Positions 46,554 through 55,247 of a DNA stretch of 64,000 bases are shown here, piece after piece. Below the pieces are notes generated by a model, which was not told where the DNA came from, searched no databases, and saw only the letters and a program-made list of their open reading frames with translations. Source of the stretch: a virus; the IMG/VR virus record IMGVR_UViG_3300026521_000466, positions 32,001-96,000 of that record, one strand, 5' to 3'. Position numbers and translations under genes: made by a program. Every line of letters begins with the position of its first letter. Position 1 is the first letter of the stretch.

Positions 46554-48438
46554 AGAGTAACTCTTTTGGACAATGCACAACATCCAGCGGATGCGGAGTT
46601 TTATCTTCATAAAAGTTCATTATGTTAAGGAACGTATCTTTCTCACCCATGTTCAGTGCAGTGGTAAGACATCTATTCCTATATATCTGTTTGGTTTTAC
46701 CTATTTGTGCATTCACTCCTCTCACTAATCTGAAATCATAAGTAGCAGGATTCCTAGAGGTATATGCATAGGCCACCAGTGCAGCATGACTAATATGGAG
46801 ATAGAGTTTACTGTTATAGAGAGTGAATAGATTTAACAGTAGTTCACCTGCCGTTTCTATTGTTTCTCCATTGGGTGTCTTGGATGAATCCAGTATTGAC
46901 CTAATATTCTTATTCAGTATATTATAATCAAACACCTCTTCCGGTAGGAACATGATCCCATCTCTCTTATTCCATCCGCTCATATCTATCATATAGTTAC
47001 CATAGTCATCTATTGAGTAACCATGCTTCACTACATAGAGTAGGAACTTGTTTGTAAAGACAGCTGTCTTATTACCGCTTTTCACTTTCAAACTAATGGT
47101 CTCTACACCTTTGCGTGTGTTGTTCTCAATAACAAATCCACTTACATTTGATATCCGTGTAGGATCTGCAAGTTTCGCCATATCCACAGTTTTCAAATCT
47201 TTCAGTCCGTAGAACTGTTCAGAGCTGATTCTCAGTATTGGCTTCTTACCGATAGGCTCTTTAAAGTAGAGCGTATTGTCTTTCACCTTTATATACTTAG
47301 ATACATCACTTTCCAATACATAGACAGTGCCATCCGCAGATACAATATAGTGTTTTGTACTAAGCAGAGACTGCGTAGCTGGCTCATTGATCTTCGTACA
47401 TGCCCAGTGTCCCAGGTTGAACTTCATGAGTTTCTCATACCCCTGCACGCCATAACAATGGACACAGACAGTATCTTCTCGCTCATGCTTACAGGAGATT
47501 GCTGTTCGTATATAGATATACTTCCCAATGATCTCTTTTGTATCTTTGGTAATTAGTCTCCACTCATCCTCTTTGTTATACTTAAAGTATTGGCCTACCA
47601 CACCTTTGAATGTTCCGGGTGTTATATTGGATTTAGGTTCAATGTATATCAGAGTCCCTTCATCTGTACCACAATCATCATATGATAGATACTTTACCAC
47701 TTCAGATATTGTTTGTGTATGTTTGGCAAATGTCTCCGCATCCTGAATAGATGTCTTGGAGAAGACCAATGAAGTAACTGCACCGCGTGATTCCCCGGCA
47801 TACTCTACAATATCAGTAATACCTTCAATATATCCTGTAGTGACAGGCTTCTTGAATATTTGACTGTCAAAGTCTGATGGGTATCCCCTTAACACACATT
47901 GGTCAAACTGTCTGGCAGATACACTCTTGTTTATATAGGTATGAGCCACTTGGTTGTCTGCCAATTTTGCAGAGTTGAATATCACATCTCTTACTGCGGC
48001 ATAGACATCCTGCACACCCTCTTTGGTAGGGTGTTCTCTAAACTCTTTTAGCTTAGCCTGTACTTCATCCATATAGACTATCTCCAAGACATCATCAAAG
48101 TCGGAGAAGATAACGGATTCCATATTCTCATAGGCTAATTTATTATAGATAAAACTGATAGTGTCGAATACATGTTTTGACAACAACTCCAACTTGTTAA
48201 CCAGAGTATGGTCGTTGATAGATTTAAATAGTATATCCGTAACTATATGGTCAAACACTGATGTTACAGACGATTTTTCAAATCTGCCATCTACATAGTG
48301 TGATGTAATACTATACTCCTGTTTCAGCGGAAGACGGAAGACAGAGAGTACTTCCCATATCTTCATGTTTATCTCATAGACCAATGGTACTTGAGACTCC
48401 ACTACACCATTCGTAAACTTTACCTTTTCAATCTTCAT
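46549..48438 (-). CDS. Non-virion RNA polymerase beta' subunit C-terminal part (phiKZ gp74-like)
   Basis: DDCGT, R....C......VC.HCYG zinc site, EPATQSLLSTKH trigger-loop region. Confidence 0.9.
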   Translation of the reverse strand: MKIEKVKFTNGVVESQVPLVYEINMKIWEVLSVFRLPLKQEYSITSHYVDGRFEKSSVTSVFDHIVTDILFKSINDHTLVNKLELLSKHVFDTISFIYNKLAYENMESVIFSDFDDVLEIVYMDEVQAKLKEFREHPTKEGVQDVYAAVRDVIFNSAKLADNQVAHTYINKSVSARQFDQCVLRGYPSDFDSQIFKKPVTTGYIEGITDIVEYAGESRGAVTSLVFSKTSIQDAETFAKHTQTISEVVKYLSYDDCGTDEGTLIYIEPKSNITPGTFKGVVGQYFKYNKEDEWRLITKDTKEIIGKYIYIRTAISCKHEREDTVCVHCYGVQGYEKLMKFNLGHWACTKINEPATQSLLSTKHYIVSADGTVYVLESDVSKYIKVKDNTLYFKEPIGKKPILRISSEQFYGLKDLKTVDMAKLADPTRISNVSGFVIENNTRKGVETISLKVKSGNKTAVFTNKFLLYVVKHGYSIDDYGNYMIDMSGWNKRDGIMFLPEEVFDYNILNKNIRSILDSSKTPNGETIETAGELLLNLFTLYNSKLYLHISHAALVAYAYTSRNPATYDFRLVRGVNAQIGKTKQIYRNRCLTTALNMGEKDTFLNIMNFYEDKTPHPLDVVHCPKELLS

Positions 48439-50509
48439 TGTTTTCCCTTAACTCTAAACCATAGCCAAATGTATTGGTTATTGATTTGTGGATATTCACC
48501 ACAGTCTCATTTCCGAACGGCACTTTATCTCTTGGCGTAATGTCATCTATATCGGTTGGCTTATCGGTAGTCAATATGACATCACACATATGCAATAGTG
48601 TAGGAACAGAGAGATTTCTATCCCTAAACTCAGCCAAGGCCTCTTCACCTGCATACGCTGCAAAGAATCTCAAGTCTGTTTCGGAACCTATCTTTACAGG
48701 CGTTGCATTATAGAGCATCATACTCTTCAATGTTTTTGACGGTGATACAGGCAAGGTAAACGGATTCAGTCTGGCAGTAGATACGGCCAACCAGTCATCT
48801 CCTGTCTTATTGAGCATGAACATATACTGTCTTGATATATATGTTTTATTTACAGTATACTCATTCTTACCATTGAATCTTAGTAGAACCTTATCTTTCT
48901 TCGGACTATAGCCTTTTGCCTTTAATCTCTTGATAACAATATTGTCATCCATATTATCTTCAGAGATATTCTGATCTACATGGAATTTGATATAGAGGTT
49001 GTCTTCCACTATATCTAACAATACAACCTTTCTCTGTTTCTCTGTGAGTTTCTTATATCCCTTATACTGTACTTCATCGATACAGGATATGAAATCCAAC
49101 AGTTGCTCATATATGGTTGAAGTATCATTATGGATTATCTTCTCTTTCACAGTTTCACCAGGAAGTTTCTTAATCTCTTCGATCAGCTTCTTCCTAAATA
49201 TAGTAACTGTAGTCAAAACAAATCCTTCCGCCGGATTACCCATGTTCATACGACGATTTGAGCTAGATGGATCAAACATCATATCTGCCACTAATCCATT
49301 GGCATCTACAGGCATCTCCTCTTTAGGAAGTACCATACTGACAATACCTTTACTACCGTGTGTGGTAGTGAGTTTAATACCGTTATGCGGCACTTTATCA
49401 TACTTCACAACAATATCTATCTCAAACTCATTGGCTGGGTCTTGCATATATTTGTTCTTCACTTTAGGGTGCTCTAATGCCTGTAACCTTACAAGAGTTA
49501 CATGTAGTGTGTTCCCAAACTCTACATTGGTAAATTGCCGCTTCAACTCTTTACAAGTCTCTATGAAGTTTTTGTTATACGCATGTTTATGTTCAGCGAG
49601 TTCTCTCAAGTGATCAAATGCTTTAGTTACATGAGCTTTATTTTTTGTTTGTGGTGTATAGATAATATTTATATCTTCTATTACACCTGATGCAGAACCT
49701 ATTCGGTAAACATCATCGTATAGAGGAGATATCTCTTTCAGTTGATCCTTTGACATCAGCACATGAGCAAACATAGGATCTACTTCGCGGATAGCCATAA
49801 CTACACCATTCTCCTTTACTTTCTCACCGTAATCAGGAAGAATTTTATATGCATCATCGTCTCCAAAGATATTCAGTGGTATTCTATCATTACCGGCATT
49901 GGTATGTATATGTGAAAACAGTGGATATTTCAATCTCTTCATCAACTCATCAGATACCACCATCGCATCTTCTCCTACCTCTCCGATAGAGATAGGCAGA
50001 ATATTAACTTCAACCCCATGACTATAGACACCGTCTTTATCTGAGTTTGTACTGGTCAGCTTTGTATTCGCAGGCAGCACATCCTCTTCTTCCATAAGCA
50101 GTGTCACATCTTCAAGAGTTTGAACGTATCCAAACTTCTTGTCTTTCTTTCCCCATTTAAAGACTCTTTCCAAGTCTATTGTGTTTAATTCATAGTCGTA
50201 ATAGATAATGTCTATGAACATAGCTTTTGAATAATCATCAGTATACTGATCCACATTCGGGGGATAGTACGGCATGATCTTCAATATCTTTGATTTGTTC
50301 TCCAACTTGTGGTTGAAGTTACATTTAGCCATCTCTCGCTCCAACCCCGTTATTAATGTGGGTGTGTCTGGCTCGTATGGCAGCAAAAGGTTCCCCATTT
50401 GCGAGTTAGTCATAAATCCCCTGGCAGAGGAGTCTTTTAACTGAAATCTGTTAAAGGCACTGATCCCCAAATGCCTCATCCTTACCGGTATTCTTTTTTT
50501 ATGTGACAT
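48428..50509 (-). CDS. Non-virion RNA polymerase beta subunit C-terminal part (phiKZ gp71-73-like)
   Basis: DSSARGFM, EDAMVVS, GIKLTTTHGSKGIV, RRMNMG, KIGSETDLR. Confidence 0.9.
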   Translation of the reverse strand: MSHKKRIPVRMRHLGISAFNRFQLKDSSARGFMTNSQMGNLLLPYEPDTPTLITGLEREMAKCNFNHKLENKSKILKIMPYYPPNVDQYTDDYSKAMFIDIIYYDYELNTIDLERVFKWGKKDKKFGYVQTLEDVTLLMEEEDVLPANTKLTSTNSDKDGVYSHGVEVNILPISIGEVGEDAMVVSDELMKRLKYPLFSHIHTNAGNDRIPLNIFGDDDAYKILPDYGEKVKENGVVMAIREVDPMFAHVLMSKDQLKEISPLYDDVYRIGSASGVIEDINIIYTPQTKNKAHVTKAFDHLRELAEHKHAYNKNFIETCKELKRQFTNVEFGNTLHVTLVRLQALEHPKVKNKYMQDPANEFEIDIVVKYDKVPHNGIKLTTTHGSKGIVSMVLPKEEMPVDANGLVADMMFDPSSSNRRMNMGNPAEGFVLTTVTIFRKKLIEEIKKLPGETVKEKIIHNDTSTIYEQLLDFISCIDEVQYKGYKKLTEKQRKVVLLDIVEDNLYIKFHVDQNISEDNMDDNIVIKRLKAKGYSPKKDKVLLRFNGKNEYTVNKTYISRQYMFMLNKTGDDWLAVSTARLNPFTLPVSPSKTLKSMMLYNATPVKIGSETDLRFFAAYAGEEALAEFRDRNLSVPTLLHMCDVILTTDKPTDIDDITPRDKVPFGNETVVNIHKSITNTFGYGLELRENNED

Positions 50510-50543
50510 GCTTTTCTCCTTTTTTATTATCTTATTGCTATTT

Positions 50544-50552
50544 AATAATATA
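50544..50552 (-). promoter_or_regulatory. Early-type promoter motif TATATTATT for nvRNAP beta/beta'
   Basis: Intergenic copy. Confidence 0.65.
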
Positions 50553-50583
50553 CAAAAGAAAAAATACTAACGAAAGGTCAGAT

Positions 50584-50898
50584 ATGTTAGATAACATGCT
50601 TACTATTACAAACAAATACCCATACACAAAAGATACGATACGCAAGATAAACGCAGTAACCCAATGGCTGGAAGAGAAAGACTTCTTTATTATAGAAATT
50701 GACTTTACTACTTCTAAAAAGTTTTATGGAGATTTCAGTGGTTTATTAAATAGTTTAAATGTCCCATTGGTACTTCATCCATATATCATGTCTATAAATA
50801 ATATAGACTCCTCTGATATGCATATGACAGATATCAAAGAGTTAAAATTGGTAAATGAAGACAAAATAAAAAGTATACTGGACTACACACTGGGATAA
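50584..50898 (+). CDS. Small conserved phiKZ-like protein (LysM/tail-X-like)
   Basis: KFYGDF.GLL.....P...H..IM.IN pattern; ATG at 50584 behind GAAAGG. Confidence 0.55.
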   Translation: MLDNMLTITNKYPYTKDTIRKINAVTQWLEEKDFFIIEIDFTTSKKFYGDFSGLLNSLNVPLVLHPYIMSINNIDSSDMHMTDIKELKLVNEDKIKSILDYTLG

Positions 50899-50912
50899 TC
50901 CAGTGTGTAGTC
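50881..50912. terminator. Inverted repeat at convergent junction
   Basis: gactacacactgg/ccagtgtgtagtc. Confidence 0.65.
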
Positions 50913-50914
50913 TA

Positions 50915-52186
50915 TCAATACCATGGAAGGTCGTCATCTATAAATTCCGATTCGCCAAAACCATAGTCGTCCCTGCGTCTTCTCTGCGGCCTGAAGAAGT
51001 CATCTACCCCATCATCCACATATGAGATTCTTCTTTTTCGTCTACTCGGTCTGAAGAAATCATCTACATCATCATCCTCTATAAACTCATCCCTTCTTCT
51101 TTTAACAGGTCTTCGCTTTTTCCTTTTTGGAGTATAATATTCATCATCATAAACATCGTCCTCCACAAAATCATCCCTGTATCTATTAGATACGTTATGT
51201 AACTTTGAAACCAGCTCTTTAGCAGATACATACTCTCCACTATCGTCACTCTTTGATGTCCTGCGTTCTTTTGACTTTGTCCTAACGTCCGCTGTTTTAA
51301 CTACTTGAACTTTATCCTCATCTACAATTACTGTAGGCATGAACTCAGCTTCTTTTCTAAGCTTCTGTGCAATAGAAATATCCTTCACTGTCAACTCACC
51401 ACTGAACTCGTTGAAGAAAGTATCGCTGTCTTCTACCAACACCCAGTATTTCTTAATAAACTCATCCACATGAATAATAGCTTTCATAAGTGCTGTGGTG
51501 TCAGATATACCATCTACATTAGAAACTCCGAGAATATTTCCAAGTTCTTCTGCGAAGAATGAGAAAATGGCTTTATATACTCTTAAATCCGTTTTCCTCA
51601 TCTTACTATTGCCAAGCTTAGTATTCTCCTCTAAGGCCTCTTTAAGCTCGTTTAAAACAGGGTACTGAACCACTACGCCTGATGCAAACTCTTCACCCTC
51701 ATATGTAACTTTATGTCTTTCGATAACTTTGACAATATCAAGGTCGGTATTTTGCATAATGGATTTGTAGAAATTTTCCAGTGTAAGATCATCAATCTTT
51801 GATTTTGACCTAATCGTAGCCTGCTCCAACTCTTTATAGAGTGACTCCATCATAAAGAGCACTGAAGAGGGATATTCATAATCTGTATGCAATCTCTCCA
51901 GAAACACTAATGCCATACTCTTCAACATCATATTCAACTGTATCTCAAACACACCTATCACTTTCAGCAGTGGCTTTGAAATACCATCAAGAACATTCTC
52001 ACTCAATACATTGAACGGAATTCCTTTATGATCTAGTATTACATTATCATTTTTCCCCTCCATATATACATACAGCGGTAACTTGTTAACCAATAGAGGA
52101 GTCTCCCCCATCAGCACCTTGCCTTTCTTATCTACCGTGAGCCCTACAGAGCCCAACAGTTTCTTATAGAATTTCACTAGCGTCAT
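50915..52186 (-). CDS. phiKZ gp70-like protein with charged disordered tail
   Basis: FY..LL.SVG...D..G, F..LSE....G.S, K.RK.D; synteny between PicA-like and RNAP beta. Confidence 0.6.
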   Translation of the reverse strand: MTLVKFYKKLLGSVGLTVDKKGKVLMGETPLLVNKLPLYVYMEGKNDNVILDHKGIPFNVLSENVLDGISKPLLKVIGVFEIQLNMMLKSMALVFLERLHTDYEYPSSVLFMMESLYKELEQATIRSKSKIDDLTLENFYKSIMQNTDLDIVKVIERHKVTYEGEEFASGVVVQYPVLNELKEALEENTKLGNSKMRKTDLRVYKAIFSFFAEELGNILGVSNVDGISDTTALMKAIIHVDEFIKKYWVLVEDSDTFFNEFSGELTVKDISIAQKLRKEAEFMPTVIVDEDKVQVVKTADVRTKSKERRTSKSDDSGEYVSAKELVSKLHNVSNRYRDDFVEDDVYDDEYYTPKRKKRRPVKRRRDEFIEDDDVDDFFRPSRRKRRISYVDDGVDDFFRPQRRRRDDYGFGESEFIDDDLPWY

Positions 52187-52200
52187 AGCTATCCTTTCAT

Positions 52201-53610
52201 TTATAATAATTCACCAATCATACCACTTAGAGTTTTTGTAGCCATATCCAAATCTCTCTCATCGCCTACCACACCACCTGTCAATGATGATGTAAACATC
52301 GTGATATTATAACTCTCAACAGGTCTGTTGTAAAGTTTTACTCTAATGTTTGTTACTACAGGAGTAATATTTACAGCAATATCAAGATCCACTTCACCAT
52401 TTTTAGATACCACTGGGAATACCATAGTATTAATAGCTTCCAGAAATAGCGATACAAACGCCATTGGATTAGCTACATTAATACGGAGTGTTGCAGTGTC
52501 CCTTAATGGTTTTGTTATTACCTCTCCTGTCTTGGTCATATTCGTAGATTTGAATATCAGAGTCTCTATTTTAAACTTGCTATAGTACTCCATCATTAAG
52601 TCTACAAATTTCTCTGCTATCCTAGCCTCGGGCTTAAGTGTCTTTGTACTGGTTCCATCAAATACCCGTTCGCCATTAACACTGCCTGTTTGGAAAAGAT
52701 TTACTATTTTACCATAGTTTCTTTTCATTGTCGGCAATATTTCTACTAATGTACGAAACGAGAACGACGCGTGTGTCTCCAGTTCACCTCTATTAATAAG
52801 TGCGAATAGAGGATTTAGCTGCAATGAATCTTCCTGAACAAATGCCGATGCAGTCATTCCTATATCGAATGCATCATCTGTTATCTCAGATGCGTGCTTT
52901 GACACCATTTGTGCTTTCATAGACTTTGACAATATTGAGTATGGGTTATTTGATACAGATGATGTAACGTCATCTATCAATTCATTTGACATAAATATCC
53001 CATGTTCTGACTCACCTACAGAATGGGTGATGTTTAAATCCTCCGGTCTCATAGAGTATAGATTTACTTTATCGACAAACTCAGTGTCATTTTCAAGAAC
53101 ACTGCCTGTTGGAGTATGTAGAACATTATACGCACCCACAAGTTTTGCAGGTCCGTTTAAATCATACTGCTTTAACTTCAATACTGAGTTTACATAGAAC
53201 ATCGTATCAGGATCTATGATTCCTTTATGGTTTACCTCTGCTCTATCGGTATATCCTTCATAAATATATGTGTATATTGTATCGGGACTACCCTCTATAT
53301 ATGAAGCCTCTTTTGTTTTTAGCTCCAACTCAAAAGCAAACCTTCTACTGCCCCATCCTGATTCAATAGGTACATCCGCAAGATCAGATGTATACTCCAC
53401 CAATTCAGGCAGTTCTTTCATAACCTTTTTATCGTCTAACCAATTTGGTCCATATTTATCTATGGATCTCTCCATGTGATCTAACATATTGTGTGTTGCC
53501 CGATAGACCTTTCTACTTCTTGAGCGTTTATCCTTTGGATTTACCTCACGTAGTGTTAGTTTAAATGGACGCAGGTTAGCCAATGCCTCGTCCAATAGAT
53601 TGAATCCCAT
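52201..53610 (-). CDS. picA: PicA/Imp1-like phage-nucleus import protein (phiKZ gp69-like)
   Basis: I..GW...RF.F.L, .GYTD.......IDP...FYVNS, .RPED motifs; lies directly after the gp68-like gene. Confidence 0.6.
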   Translation of the reverse strand: MGFNLLDEALANLRPFKLTLREVNPKDKRSRSRKVYRATHNMLDHMERSIDKYGPNWLDDKKVMKELPELVEYTSDLADVPIESGWGSRRFAFELELKTKEASYIEGSPDTIYTYIYEGYTDRAEVNHKGIIDPDTMFYVNSVLKLKQYDLNGPAKLVGAYNVLHTPTGSVLENDTEFVDKVNLYSMRPEDLNITHSVGESEHGIFMSNELIDDVTSSVSNNPYSILSKSMKAQMVSKHASEITDDAFDIGMTASAFVQEDSLQLNPLFALINRGELETHASFSFRTLVEILPTMKRNYGKIVNLFQTGSVNGERVFDGTSTKTLKPEARIAEKFVDLMMEYYSKFKIETLIFKSTNMTKTGEVITKPLRDTATLRINVANPMAFVSLFLEAINTMVFPVVSKNGEVDLDIAVNITPVVTNIRVKLYNRPVESYNITMFTSSLTGGVVGDERDLDMATKTLSGMIGELL

Positions 53611-53629
53611 TTTTGTCTCCTTTTATTAT

Positions 53630-55120
53630 TTAAAATGCTAGCATATACTCTACTAATAGAGTCTTTATATTATCAGGTAGTATTACATTTTCATCTTCGC
53701 TATCTGTGTATTTAGTAGGAAGTATGAATTTATAATCATCCTCTTCAAAGTAATTTATTACCTTATCGATAGTGGCATCTATAGCATATGTTACTATCTC
53801 TTTATTTTTTAGTCTTGTTATAGCTTTTACTGGATACTTCTCCTCAATGCGCTCAAGCAGCTCGCTCTTTACAGGGGCTTTAAGATTGATAGAACTTAAT
53901 GAAAAGTCCAAAGATGTCTTTGGCTCAATGGCAAGATACTTTGCAATGTGAGAATATCCGTTCTCTATCAGATATGTGATAGTCACTACCAATAGATTTA
54001 CTAAACCATCACGGTACATTGATTCTATAGACCTACTATCTATAATCTTATGTGTTATTAATGCCATTAGTATTACAGATCCATTGTTTATAGAATATAT
54101 TGGTGTTCTCATCCGAGAAAGTGCTACATTTATCTCATTAAGTAACTCTATGTCTTTAACACCAATGTCATTTGCGAGTCTATCAATATTACCAGTTACC
54201 ATCTTAATAATGGATAGCTCTCCTATAGGCAATCTTGTAGACTGCCTGTACCCTTCAGTAACAGACTCACTATCATCATCCCCTGAATCATTCTTGAAAG
54301 TCTTCTTCTGCTTTACTGCATCTGTTAACTTCTCTTGTCCTGTGACTACACCTGTTGCATATTTGAATATTGATGCCACTATATTACCGCTTGATGGGTA
54401 GTTCATAGTCACCAATGCAATAGGGAACTTATTGAAGAGTTCAATGGCCAATACATAGTCGGTTAAATCATCAGCGGCAATACCTAGATTTAGAACACGT
54501 CTGTTCTTTGCATCGTCAGTTCTGGCAGCTTGATTAATATGCGCGTCTATGTAATCTACCAATCTCATCATCTGTGGTGTGTCAAACAAAGGATGATCCA
54601 TCATCATAGTTAATAATGAGATAACCATATACTTATCCTTAGTGATTGCTCTAATAGGAATAAGTGCCTTTGATATCATTACAATAGCCATTAGCCCGTA
54701 GAATTCAGGTTTTGTATATGTCTGTCTTCTAGTCTTCTTCATATCTTTCTCATCGTTGATGTCAAATTCATCAACTAATGAGTCTGGCGGTTTAATGCCA
54801 ATGTCCCTAAGATACTGTTCGACACTCTTAATATCCATAATGTCAAGTATGTCATTAATATACTTCTTCATTGTGGCATCACTATAGTTGTTTGTTGGGT
54901 CAAGTGAACCATACATCTCTTTATATAGAGTGAACAAAGCCTTATCCCTACCTGTTGATCTTACAAAGTCGTTAAATATCTTGAACTGAAAAGAGTCTCT
55001 TAATACTACCTTAGCTACTTTATAAGTAACATTGGAAGCTGATAACTCTAAGGTATCCCCTTTATATTCAATCATCAATTCGACTTGTGAGACCTTGTTT
55101 AAGGAGAATTCCATAAACAT
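53630..55120 (-). CDS. Non-virion RNAP promoter-specificity subunit (phiKZ gp68-like)
   Basis: I.PP..L...F, R.QTY...E...L......K...PI, S..EGYR; synteny. Confidence 0.65.
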   Translation of the reverse strand: MFMEFSLNKVSQVELMIEYKGDTLELSASNVTYKVAKVVLRDSFQFKIFNDFVRSTGRDKALFTLYKEMYGSLDPTNNYSDATMKKYINDILDIMDIKSVEQYLRDIGIKPPDSLVDEFDINDEKDMKKTRRQTYTKPEFYGLMAIVMISKALIPIRAITKDKYMVISLLTMMMDHPLFDTPQMMRLVDYIDAHINQAARTDDAKNRRVLNLGIAADDLTDYVLAIELFNKFPIALVTMNYPSSGNIVASIFKYATGVVTGQEKLTDAVKQKKTFKNDSGDDDSESVTEGYRQSTRLPIGELSIIKMVTGNIDRLANDIGVKDIELLNEINVALSRMRTPIYSINNGSVILMALITHKIIDSRSIESMYRDGLVNLLVVTITYLIENGYSHIAKYLAIEPKTSLDFSLSSINLKAPVKSELLERIEEKYPVKAITRLKNKEIVTYAIDATIDKVINYFEEDDYKFILPTKYTDSEDENVILPDNIKTLLVEYMLAF

Positions 55121-55172
55121 CCGTGCTCCTTTTTGTAGTGTTAGTGTATTCGATCGTTATACACTACATATA

Positions 55173-55181
55173 AATAATATA
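55173..55181 (-). promoter_or_regulatory. Early-type promoter motif TATATTATT for the gp68/69/70-like operon
   Basis: Part of a 23-nt block identical to 35228-35250. Confidence 0.7.
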
Positions 55182-55215
55182 CATTCATTTTAATCCCGTT
55201 AATAAAAGAAAGCAC

Positions 55216-55237
55216 CACCCTGGAATGATCCAGGGTG
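55216..55237 (-). terminator. Major capsid gene terminator
   Basis: caccctgga/tccagggtg plus T-rich tail. Confidence 0.7.
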
Positions 55238-55247
55238 ATAATCAGTA

